DNA of 32,000 bases. Source: Telmatocola sphagniphila (GTDB lineage Bacteria > Planctomycetota > Planctomycetia > Gemmatales > Gemmataceae). Location of the stretch: NCBI RefSeq assembly GCF_018398935.1, contig NZ_CP074694.1, positions 330,001 through 362,000 of the forward strand, in the 5' to 3' direction. The notes beneath the pieces are model-generated. The model was not told the origin of the DNA and made no database searches. It saw only the letters and a list, made by a program, of their open reading frames with translations. Positions 1-7,853 of the stretch are shown one piece after another (within the stretch, counting starts at the first letter, position 1; each line of letters begins with the position of its first letter). The translations under genes and the position numbers were made by a program.

Positions 1-2
1 AG

Positions 3-242
3 GGAGACGTCTACGAATCTCTTATAGACCAACCTATTCGATTCATGACCGCGTGGTTTGCTCCGTACACTGGTGGCGGAGAAAGCACGATTTATGCTGG
101 GGAACGGATCTGGATCGATTCCGCTCCTATTGATGAAAACCCATCGGCATTTATGCATTGCCGATCCACTACGACGAAATGGAAAGGAGGATGGTCCCCG
201 CTGAGGAACGATCGGCTCCTAATTACGATGGGTTTTATCTGA
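3..242 (+). CDS. Hypothetical protein, C-terminal part; the gene starts upstream of the window and may be frameshifted
   Basis: The frame is open from the window edge (GDVYESLIDQPIRFMTAWFAPYTGGGESTIYAGERIWIDSAPIDEN...) to TGA at 240-242. After about nt 137 the more protein-like reading continues in another frame to TAA at 344-346, so the true 3' end is uncertain. Confidence 0.35.
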   Translation, partial: GDVYESLIDQPIRFMTAWFAPYTGGGESTIYAGERIWIDSAPIDENPSAFMHCRSTTTKWKGGWSPLRNDRLLITMGFI

Positions 243-445
243 GCATCAATACCATGCCTCTCCTTCAGAAATACAAGCTTGTCGAGACGGGGCATGGGCA
301 TAACGTCGAACCAGTCGTTTCACCTGACCACGGCGGCATCGCGTAATTTCAGGGTTCATCACCTCACCAGCCGCTGTAGCCGGTGAGAGGGGTCGTTACG
401 GTCGCCTGCTATTTTCTTCTCATACCAGAAACCGTCTCAGCGCAG

Positions 446-510
446 CTTCCCAGCCCCGGATACTGGCGCTGAAAAGTTCAATACCCGTCCTGTCAGCCCG
501 ATCCTGTTTC
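446..510. repeat. Intergenic repeat, copy A of three
   Basis: CTTCCCAGCCCCGGATACTGGCGCTGAAAAGTTCAATACCCGTCCTGTCAGCCCGATCCTGTTTC aligns colinearly with copies at 2534-2600 and 3745-3809, in the same orientation. The spacing between the AAAAGTT and TGTC..CCCG cores is identical in all three. Confidence 0.6.
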
Positions 511-663
511 AAAATGAGCCCTTCGGCGAAAAATCTCACCCACTTTGTTCGGTAGGCATGAATTGCCTGTCGGACTCGCACGACGCGATCCAAACCAACT
601 CACTCAAAGACCGGTCTTATTGGCCGTTGCTGTGAAATCTATGTTCATTTAGAATAGTGCAAA

Positions 664-1119
664 TTGTTTAAGAAATCCCGAGTTCAGTACCAGAAGGGTG
701 TTGTTGTGCCATTTGAACTCAACAGGATTGATGGAAAGCCGACACTTTCATCCCGACGACCAGAACGCTTTTCGGTAAAGGCTGACGAGGCGATGATCGA
801 AATGCCTGTGGCGGCAAATCATGAGATCGAGTTATACTTCCCCGCTCCTGATGGGAAAATCGATCCCATATGGTTGAACTTGGCCACCGATCTGATGACC
901 CATCTCACAGAGATCGATAACGAAGTGCAGCGGATAAGTGCAGAGCAATGGAAGTCGAATGGACTACATTTGCCCAGTACTGACTATGAAGGCGAACTTG
1001 CGTATGTCAAACTGATCGGACCTGACGAAGTTGTGCTCAGGTATTGGGTGATTGGATATAACTCCGAATGGGACGAAGTGTTTTTTTGCGTCCTTGAAAA
1101 GTGGGTCCGAAAGGCATAA
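664..1119 (+). CDS. Hypothetical protein (151 aa as drawn from a TTG start; start uncertain)
   Basis: Long ORF with protein-like composition. It has no signal peptide and no motif I recognise. There is no convincing RBS at the TTG, and an internal GTG or ATG start is possible. Confidence 0.5.
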   Translation: MFKKSRVQYQKGVVVPFELNRIDGKPTLSSRRPERFSVKADEAMIEMPVAANHEIELYFPAPDGKIDPIWLNLATDLMTHLTEIDNEVQRISAEQWKSNGLHLPSTDYEGELAYVKLIGPDEVVLRYWVIGYNSEWDEVFFCVLEKWVRKA

Positions 1120-1281
1120 GATACCGATCCAGCCCATTGCATCTGAGTGTGACGGCGATTACCCTTTTTAAGATTCATCAGCTAATCAGTCGCAGAGAAA
1201 GGCAAACTCTTTCATTACGATCATGGTCGTTACCACCCAACCGGTGAGTGATCGCAGATGAAGTTCGGCGGAGTGATTCGG

Positions 1282-1722
1282 ATGGCATTACGTAAGCGTG
1301 GCAAATATTGGTACGGCGACTCGCAAGGAGATATTCGCGATGAACTGAAGCGGTTCGGAAAGCTGAACGGGTACGTCCCCACGCAATTTGCTGACGCACG
1401 CTGCATCTGCGCATGCACTACGTTTCTCCTACGCTCGGACGAGAACGAAGGCGCAGCCGTACGAGTCTGCATTTCCTGCGGAGACGAGCACCCAATTGGA
1501 GACAGCGACGAGTACTTGGCCGAAGCAGATATGCAGGACCACGACTGCGTTTGCGGCGAGAATGCGTTTGAGATTACTGTCGGAGTATCCGTGTATGAGG
1601 ACAGCGACGATGTTCGGTGGCTCTACATCGGTTGCCGCTGTCCCAAGTGCGGCCTGACCGGGTGTTACGGTGATTGGAAGAATGAGTTTATTGACTACCG
1701 GAAACTTCTCGCCCGAGTGTGA
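1282..1722 (+). CDS. Hypothetical Cys-rich protein with two zinc-ribbon-like CxC...CxxC units
   Basis: ATG at 1282 is preceded by GGAGTG about 7 nt upstream. The product starts MALRKRGKYWYG and contains CICAC...CISCG and CVCG...CRCPKCG pairs, each followed by similar F-x-(L/I) context. This suggests an internal duplication of a 4-Cys module. Confidence 0.6.
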   Translation: MALRKRGKYWYGDSQGDIRDELKRFGKLNGYVPTQFADARCICACTTFLLRSDENEGAAVRVCISCGDEHPIGDSDEYLAEADMQDHDCVCGENAFEITVGVSVYEDSDDVRWLYIGCRCPKCGLTGCYGDWKNEFIDYRKLLARV

Positions 1723-1845
1723 AAGAGCCCACACAGCCGCCTAATCGTCTCGATTGTTTCGCAACCTCAAATCCAGCCGCAGGTTGCGAAAGCGACTGGC
1801 GACGGGATTTGAACTTTCTATTGCGCAAGTTCAACTATCTGTCCG

Positions 1846-2493
1846 CTATCCATTCTCACCGAGCAGCCATTCAGCGGTCATAGCCCGTACCACGTAAAGT
1901 CCCTTCACGCTTGGCACCGTGCAAAGCAATGTCGCGATTTCCTCCTCGGCCTCGCTGAGTCGCTGAAGAGCTTCGTTTAGCCCTAGGTCGGCTAGACGCG
2001 ATTGGTGAATTCGATTGAGCGTAGCTTGCCCATCTCCGGATAGAGCCGACCGTTGAAATTGATGCCTCATCGTCATGCAGAAAGCGCAATAGTCGTCGAT
2101 CTCTGCTTGCGATCGCAGTTTCGCACCCGACAGAAGCTCGCTCGCGGTTGGCTGGAGAATGCGAAGGTTGCTCACCAAGAGTTCAGGATTAAAGGATGCG
2201 TCCGAGTCGGGTCTGTCGAACAATTGGACAGCCCATCCTAGGAACGACGCTACTTCTCCTCGCCAAATTGCTTCCGTCTGGAATTCGCGCGGCAGGCCTT
2301 GGTGCGGCGACTTTAGAATTTCACGGTGAAACTCTTCGATTTGCGCACCCAGACCAAGTTGCTCCAGCCAAGGCAACAGTTGAGAACATAAGGACTCAGC
2401 TCGTGAATGTTGAGTCACTTCAAGCGATGCGCGAAAGCCAAGGCTCCCATATATAATCGCTTGGACGACGACCTCATGACCGGTTCGGCGCAT
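1846..2493 (-). CDS. Hypothetical protein (215 aa), possibly DUF4272-like
   Basis: Clean 215-aa ORF with helical, protein-like composition. The W..E.....LGWA pattern resembles my memory of DUF4272, but this is not verifiable here. Confidence 0.6.
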   Translation of the reverse strand: MRRTGHEVVVQAIIYGSLGFRASLEVTQHSRAESLCSQLLPWLEQLGLGAQIEEFHREILKSPHQGLPREFQTEAIWRGEVASFLGWAVQLFDRPDSDASFNPELLVSNLRILQPTASELLSGAKLRSQAEIDDYCAFCMTMRHQFQRSALSGDGQATLNRIHQSRLADLGLNEALQRLSEAEEEIATLLCTVPSVKGLYVVRAMTAEWLLGENG

Positions 2494-2533
2494 CTCAATT
2501 CACCTCGCAGACCTGAGCCCATTTTAGTTCCCT

Positions 2534-2600
2534 CTTGTCCCAACTGGCCAATTCGTTGATGAAAAGTTCAAGGGCCTTCCTGTCCCCCCGACTGTTTTTC
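2534..2600. repeat. Intergenic repeat, copy C of three
   Basis: CTTGTCCCAACTGGCCAATTCGTTGATGAAAAGTTCAAGGGCCTTCCTGTCCCCCCGACTGTTTTTC shares the GAAAAGTTCAA-N9-CCTGTC-N2-CCCGA-CTGTTT core with copies A and B. Confidence 0.55.
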
Positions 2601-2814
2601 CCGCATCCTTGTTTTGGGACCTTATCTGGTCCTATCGCAAGGTTCAGCTCTCGCTATCAATGGCCTTAGACCTTACAACATCTTTCAACGTAAACTTCAC
2701 AAGAGTTCAAATCCTGTTGCCACTTTGGCGTATCGAACCCCGACCGGAACAATTCCCCGGACCGTTCTTTTGGATTAATAAGCTCTATTTTCCAGCGAAT
2801 TCGAACTGATTATA

Positions 2815-2850
2815 TTGACGAACATCTATATAGAATATATTCTATGTACA
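2815..2850 (+). promoter_or_regulatory. Putative sigma70-type promoter with an overlapping 16-bp perfect palindrome (candidate ArsR operator)
   Basis: TTGACG (2815-2820), a 17-nt spacer, then TATTCT (2838-2843). The perfect palindrome ATAGAATA|TATTCTAT lies at 2830-2845 and overlaps the -10 element. The predicted start site is near A2850, the A of the second ATG. Confidence 0.4.
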
Positions 2851-3191
2851 TGAACCGACTGGACCAGGCATTTGCCGCTCTTGCTGACCCCACTCGACGT
2901 GGAATCGTGGTGCATCTGGCTCGCGGCGAGGCATCCGTTTCCGACCTGGTCGGCCTCTTCTCGTTGACGCAACCTACAATCTCGTCTCACCTGAAGGTGT
3001 TGGAATCGGCGGGGCTGATTTCGCGCACTCGAGTGGCTCAGTCGCGGCCCTGCAAGCTGGAGACGAAGCAATTGAAAGTGGTCACAGATTGGCTGGAGAA
3101 AGTGCAAGAAATTTGGGAAGGCAACTACAAGAGACTCGACGCTTTACTCGCCGAGTTGAAGCAAGCACAGAAAGAGGAGCGAAAGAAATGA
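2844..3191 (+). CDS. ArsR/SmtB-family metalloregulator-type HTH transcriptional repressor
   Basis: ALADPTRRGIVVHLARGEASVSDLVGLFSLTQPTISSHLKVLESAGLISRTR is the canonical ArsR winged-helix signature. An alternative start at ATG 2850 (MNRLDQ...) is possibly leaderless. Confidence 0.9.
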   Translation: MYMNRLDQAFAALADPTRRGIVVHLARGEASVSDLVGLFSLTQPTISSHLKVLESAGLISRTRVAQSRPCKLETKQLKVVTDWLEKVQEIWEGNYKRLDALLAELKQAQKEERKK

Positions 3192-3676
3192 AACCTGCGG
3201 AAGTGAGCACGCCGTCGGATCGAGAAGTACTAATTAAGCGGAGCTTTGATGCGCCAGTGAATCTGGTCTGGCAGGCTTATACGGATCCCGCGTTGATGCG
3301 TCGTTGGCTAACGGCCATGCCCGGATGGACGATGCCGATTTGCGAGATGGCTACTCATGTGGGTGGGAAGTATCGCTGGCGCTGGCGGTTCGACGAGAAC
3401 GGCATGGAGTTTGGGTTCACGGGTGAAATGCTGGAGGTCGAGTTGAATTCCAAGATCGTGCATACGCAGATCTTCGACCCGGGCGATATGGGTGGATCGA
3501 TGGGAGGTGAACCGTCGATAATCACGGTCACGTTCAAAGAGTCCAACGGGATCACAAACGTGTCGACTTTGATTAAGTATGCGTCGCAGGCCGATCGCGA
3601 TGCGGCGATGTCGACGGGCATGACGGATGGAATGGAAATGAGCTACAAACAACTCGACGGAGTACTGGCGAGTTAG
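3188..3676 (+). CDS. SRPBCC-superfamily protein (AHSA1 / activator of Hsp90 ATPase homolog-like)
   Basis: The start ATG at 3188 overlaps the ArsR stop codon (ATGA at 3188-3191). The N-terminus IKRSFDAPVNLVWQAYTDPALMRRWL is typical of AHSA1/SRPBCC proteins that pair with ArsR. The longer track ORF from 3089 overlaps arsR out of frame. Confidence 0.85.
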   Translation: MKPAEVSTPSDREVLIKRSFDAPVNLVWQAYTDPALMRRWLTAMPGWTMPICEMATHVGGKYRWRWRFDENGMEFGFTGEMLEVELNSKIVHTQIFDPGDMGGSMGGEPSIITVTFKESNGITNVSTLIKYASQADRDAAMSTGMTDGMEMSYKQLDGVLAS

Positions 3677-3744
3677 TTCGCGTTCGGCAGAACAGCCAGC
3701 ACTAATCTAGAGTCTAGCCTCTTGGAGTTACCGTTGAACTCCGA

Positions 3745-3809
3745 CTTCCCAGCCCTGGAAGCCGGGCAAAAAAAGTTGAATAGCCGTCGTGTCAGCCCGG
3801 CTGTTCTTC
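3745..3809. repeat. Intergenic repeat, copy B of three
   Basis: CTTCCCAGCCCTGGAAGCCGGGCAAAAAAAGTTGAATAGCCGTCGTGTCAGCCCGGCTGTTCTTC. In my hand alignment 43 of 55 positions are identical to copy A over A446-500. Similarity to copy C continues to about 3815. Confidence 0.6.
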
Positions 3810-4111
3810 TTGCATCTTTGCTATTCGTTACTATTACTGCGTCTTACTTTAGCTTATACGCAAAAACCGTGTTTTTTATTCGTAGACTCAATCGATTCAA
3901 CCTATTTCCTTTCAATGATTTGAAGAGATAAAATTCTGGCATTGATTTATGCAGGGCGAACGTGGCCGGAAAATTATTTGAACAGTCTGTCGAATTTCGG
4001 TCCCGCCCTTCGATGATATAAGGCAGGTTGGGAACTCAGCCTGACGTGACCTTTAACTCAAGACGGCATACTGATCTCCCGGCCGGAAAACAGATGTGGA
4101 GGTGTGAGGGA

Positions 4112-4696
4112 ATGGGAAAGCTCGTATTCGGAATGATGCAATCGCTGGATGGATACGTCGCGGGTGTTACGGGCGGCCCGGGATCGGAGGGCTACCCCGC
4201 TGCCGTCGCGGGCGGCCTGGAATTGCCGCCGCCTGGAGTCTCGCTCGCTAGTCATTTCAATGATCAGATCCGCGGACTGGCCGGCAGTTTGTGCGGTCGG
4301 CGAATGTACGAGGTGATGCGTTACTGGGACGAGGATCAACCGGATTGGGACGTGGCCGATCACGAGTTCGCGAAGCTGTGGCGGGCGCTTCCGAAATGGG
4401 TCGTATCGCGCTCGCTCAAATCAGTCGGACCCAACACTACGCTCGTGGCGGGAGATGTCGAAGCGTTTGTGCGCCGATTGAAGGGGGAAGTCGAGGGCGA
4501 AATTGACGTTGCCGGGCCGGAACTCGCCGGGTGCCTCACCGATTTTGGATTAATCGACGAGTATCGTCTTTACTTTCGACCGTTTGTACTTGGCGGCGGC
4601 AAGCCCTACTTCGCAGGTGCCCGTCCGCCCCTTCGACTGATCGGTGCCGATCCCATCGGCGAGGATGCAGTTAGGCTGACGTACGTCCCCGTCTGA
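4112..4696 (+). CDS. Dihydrofolate reductase-family protein (RibD C-terminal domain type)
   Basis: MGKLVFGMMQSLDGYVAG... is the characteristic N-terminus of RibD_C/DHFR-like proteins. The C-terminus has DEYRLYFRPFVLGGGKPYF. ATG 4112 is preceded by GAGGTGTGAGGG, and the track ORF start at 4028 is an unlikely extension. Confidence 0.8.
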   Translation: MGKLVFGMMQSLDGYVAGVTGGPGSEGYPAAVAGGLELPPPGVSLASHFNDQIRGLAGSLCGRRMYEVMRYWDEDQPDWDVADHEFAKLWRALPKWVVSRSLKSVGPNTTLVAGDVEAFVRRLKGEVEGEIDVAGPELAGCLTDFGLIDEYRLYFRPFVLGGGKPYFAGARPPLRLIGADPIGEDAVRLTYVPV

Positions 4697-4905
4697 TCGT
4701 CGGGTTTAACTTGGTGCATACTGATTTCTTTGCGTTATCGGCTTCAACATTTTACAGTCGCGTTCGCAGAGTATCACGAAAAGCTGTTCGAAGACTTGAA
4801 ATAGAATAACCGCAAACCTGACCCGGGGCCGAGAAGATCAAAAATTCTAGCGACTTTCGGCCCGAACCTATTTCTCAGAAACAAGGTTGCAGTTACTGAG
4901 GGAAT

Positions 4906-5430
4906 TCACGCGACCGGTGGGAAATTGTGCGTCGTCGATTCGGGTGAGTCCACAATGGCGTTCACGACTCCTTGCCGTCCCAAACCGGAATTCCAGTCAT
5001 TCACCCAATTAGCTATTTCCGGGGCCGCGCCGGTTCTACCCAAGACATCTCGATACAGGGCCTGGATGTAACTGCTTGGGGATGCTCCATATTTTTGAAT
5101 GTATTCGCTGGAAGTCAAAAAATCCTCGATCACCGTACGCGCATCGACCCCTTTTTCCAGGATCGATACCCAATTTTGCAGGCCGGCACTATCGGCGGTG
5201 CGATGCAAATAAGTTGTGTAGTAAGACTCAACTTGGGTTGTGAAATCGGATTTCGGAATATTCCCGGATGCCTGGATAGGCGTTGCGGCCGTCTGCACAA
5301 GCGCGGTACCGAGGAGGGCTGTTCCAGTCGAGGCAACGACGGCAGGAACAATCCGTTCTCCCAGCTCTTCCAGATTTAGGCGAGAGCTTAAGTTCGAGTG
5401 ATTACCACGATTCGATTTTCTGTGGTTCAT
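4906..5430 (-). CDS. DUF4214 repeat protein with an N-terminal RLNLEELGERIVPA motif
   Basis: Two DUF4214-like units are present: YYTTYLHRTADSAGLQNWVSILEKGVDARTVIEDFLTSSEY and YIQALYRDVLGRTGAAPEIANWVNDWNSGLGRQGVVNAIVDSPE. Confidence 0.7.
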   Translation of the reverse strand: MNHRKSNRGNHSNLSSRLNLEELGERIVPAVVASTGTALLGTALVQTAATPIQASGNIPKSDFTTQVESYYTTYLHRTADSAGLQNWVSILEKGVDARTVIEDFLTSSEYIQKYGASPSSYIQALYRDVLGRTGAAPEIANWVNDWNSGLGRQGVVNAIVDSPESTTHNFPPVA

Positions 5431-5713
5431 GGCTTGTTTCCCGATATCGTCCCATTATCCGTTAAGAACACCCGAGTAATTCCCAAAGCCTCACCTAATA
5501 AATGATTCTTAATCCATAACAGAGGGAGGGATCTCTAACCCTTATAACGACTGACAGTCAAAGGATGCTCAAATTTTTTTCCGTCCTAAAAAAGATCCCC
5601 GAAAATGGGCAAGCAAAATAGTGCTGTTTTGGCCGTCGAGTTTGGGTAATATGTACCGGTTGTAAGAAGAGTTCGGCGATTTCCCCCGGACTCCTTACAG
5701 GAAGGATACGACA

Positions 5714-6223
5714 ATGGGGACGATAGCAAAAATGTTCGTCTTCGCCCTCTTGGGCGCTGCGCTAGGATCGGATCATCTGGTAGCCGATGATGCCACCAGG
5801 CCCGACCTCAAACCTCTCCTCGGCGAGGTTCGCAAACTCGTCGAGAAGTATTACCCGAAAGCCAAGGTCACGCTGAAGGATCAGACAATTCACTTCGAGT
5901 TTAACACTCGGAAGTTCATGATCCACGAACCGTTGCTGACAGGTGAATGGCAGGATGCGGTCGAGACCGTTGGGCCACAAAAGGGGGGTATCTGGGGCGA
6001 GATCGAACTGTGTCCGGGCAGATATGAAGGGATGCTCGCATTACCTCAAACATTCGACAAACGCTATTTCACTCAAAAGCTGACCTTCTCCTATTCCGAG
6101 AAGCTTCATCACTACCTTCACATTCAACTTGAATACCCTCGAAATACGCCCAAAGATTTTATCGAAGAGTTTGAAGCTCTGATGAACAAGTTCGATGCCT
6201 ATGTGATTGTCAAAGGCAAGTAG
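5714..6223 (+). CDS. Hypothetical secreted protein
   Basis: 169-aa ORF with an N-terminal hydrophobic signal-like segment (IAKMFVFALLGAALG). GGAAGGA lies upstream of the ATG. I recognise no domain. Confidence 0.6.
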   Translation: MGTIAKMFVFALLGAALGSDHLVADDATRPDLKPLLGEVRKLVEKYYPKAKVTLKDQTIHFEFNTRKFMIHEPLLTGEWQDAVETVGPQKGGIWGEIELCPGRYEGMLALPQTFDKRYFTQKLTFSYSEKLHHYLHIQLEYPRNTPKDFIEEFEALMNKFDAYVIVKGK

Positions 6224-6351
6224 TGGACAGTAACTTCGTTGCGGAGGAGCACTCTGGAATCGGGACAAAGTGCCATTGGGCCATGGACCCGCAACACTTC
6301 CAGTAGCGAAGTCGATTCAAACTATTTCGAACTCTTCACTCGAGCATCGCC

Positions 6352-7788
6352 TTGAATAAATCCCATAGTCCACCCAATATCCTCTGGATTTGCGTGGACG
6401 ATTATCGCCCCAGCGTCAGCGGAGCGTATGGCTCTTCTCTTGCCAGGACTCCCCATCTCGATCGCCTGGCCAGTCAGGGAATCCGCTTCGATCGGTCGTA
6501 TGCCGCCTGCCCGCTTTCAACGCCTTCCCGGATGGCTTTTTTAACCGGTCGCTATCCTCGCTCGGTGGGTGTCACGCTCACCCCAACGCCCTTGGCCGAG
6601 ACTGAAATTACTCTCGGCCGATTGCTTCAAGCTCGTGGCTACGAAACCGTGGCGATCGGCAAGACGCATTATTATTGCCGGCTCAAAAGAGAATTTAACA
6701 GAACCATTGATCGCAGGGAGCACGATCTTTTTTTGGCGAGTAAAGTCAGAAAGCCTCTCCCGCAGGGAGTCGAGATTCTGGGACCCTGGAGGCCGGGTTA
6801 CGACCCGGCGGACATTTGGCTGAATGCCAAAGCATTGCCTTATGCGTTCGATGAAGAAATGCCGGACACCTTTCTGACCCAAAGAGCGGTCGAATATCTT
6901 TCGGAGCATCATTCCAAGCCCTTCTATCTCTCGGTCGGCTTTTACGTGACGCATTCCCCCTTCCGTTTCCCCATCGAATTTCAACAGACCTTTGATCCGA
7001 AGTTGTTTCGAGTTCCGGAAGTCTCCCCGGAGGATGCGAAACGTATCCCTGAGATCTTCCGCAATTTGACTTCAGAACAGAAGCGGGGTATCCAGGCCGC
7101 GTACCATACTTCCGTGGCTTATATGGATCGCAATCTTGGCCGGATTCTCGAGGCTTTGGACCAGTCGGGTCTAGCAGATAACACCCTGGTGATCTTTAAT
7201 TCCGATCATGGCTATTTATTGGGGGAGCATGGCCGTTTTGAAAAGCACTGCTGTTACGAAGAGGCCGTTCGCACTGCGCTCGTGATGCGGTATCCAGAGT
7301 TGATTCGGCCGGGACGAAATACTTCGGCTCTTGTGGAACAGATTGATTTAGTACCGACCATTCTGGAATTTTGCGGCTTCGAAAATCCGGTAAATGTGCA
7401 GGGAAAATCTTTCGCGAAACTTTTGCACGAAACGGCCGAGGCCCATAGGCCGCATGTGATCTCCGAATATTCCGACAATGCGGAAATCATGATCCGTACA
7501 GAGCGCTGGAAGCTCATCTACTCGGCGGGGACCCGCAGGCGTCGCGATGGCTATTATCTCGAGCGGTTTTCCACCGGTCCGGAAAGGTGGCTATTCGATT
7601 TGCAGAACGATGCCGCGGAATTGCACAATGTTGTCGACAATAAAGAGAACCAGGAAATCGTTGAAAATTTCATGGGGATACTTGTGGAGCATCTCAGAAA
7701 TACTTCGCATCCCCAGTCGCGAGGATTGCTATTCGAATCTCTTGAGCAGGAACTCGCCTACCGTTTGGAACCGGTGGAAGAGCATTGA
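6352..7788 (+). CDS. Sulfatase-family (arylsulfatase-like) hydrolase, Ser-type active-site motif, no signal peptide
   Basis: NILWICVDDYR is the metal-binding DD motif. LSTPSRMAFLTGRYP is an S-x-P-x-R-xxx-L-TG-R signature. SDHGYLLGEHG is also present. The start is TTG at 6352. Confidence 0.9.
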   Translation: MNKSHSPPNILWICVDDYRPSVSGAYGSSLARTPHLDRLASQGIRFDRSYAACPLSTPSRMAFLTGRYPRSVGVTLTPTPLAETEITLGRLLQARGYETVAIGKTHYYCRLKREFNRTIDRREHDLFLASKVRKPLPQGVEILGPWRPGYDPADIWLNAKALPYAFDEEMPDTFLTQRAVEYLSEHHSKPFYLSVGFYVTHSPFRFPIEFQQTFDPKLFRVPEVSPEDAKRIPEIFRNLTSEQKRGIQAAYHTSVAYMDRNLGRILEALDQSGLADNTLVIFNSDHGYLLGEHGRFEKHCCYEEAVRTALVMRYPELIRPGRNTSALVEQIDLVPTILEFCGFENPVNVQGKSFAKLLHETAEAHRPHVISEYSDNAEIMIRTERWKLIYSAGTRRRRDGYYLERFSTGPERWLFDLQNDAAELHNVVDNKENQEIVENFMGILVEHLRNTSHPQSRGLLFESLEQELAYRLEPVEEH

Positions 7789-7853
7789 AGGGGGAGTAAT
7801 GTTTAATCACAAATAGTACTATTTTGATTTGTATCAGCAGCAGTCGAATGATC

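Noticed and set aside
363-387. Hairpin CTCACCAGC-cgctgta-GCCGGTGAG after the left-edge gene
   Set aside because: There is one mismatch in the stem and no U-tract follows it (the next bases are AGGGGTCG). This is not enough to call a terminator.
1282-1330. MALRKRGKYWYG N-terminus as evidence for a phage-type integrase or mobile element
   Set aside because: No catalytic integrase domain follows, and no att-like direct repeats or other mobile genes are adjacent. I treated it only as a curiosity.
2704-2716. GAGTTCAAATCCTG resembling a tRNA T-arm, and AAAAGTTCAA in the repeats, considered as tRNA 3'-end or att-site relics
   Set aside because: The flanking bases cannot form the 5-bp T-stem (only 2-3 of 5 pairs), and no acceptor or anticodon arms are present. 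The tRNA-fragment idea is not supportable.
446-3809. Reading the three repeat copies as 3' remnants of a minus-strand protein gene (RADRTGIELF...GWE-type endings)
   Set aside because: No copy has a start codon or extends beyond 59 codons. An indel that is not a multiple of three sits at the upstream edge of the homology. A/B substitutions show no third-position bias (3/4/5). I kept these as a nucleotide repeat of unknown nature instead.
2609-3931. Small plus-strand ORFs 2609-2809 (66 aa) and 3722-3931 (69 aa)
   Set aside because: They lie in intergenic DNA and overlap the repeat copies. They lack an RBS, use alternative or weak starts, and have odd hydrophobic, low-complexity products.
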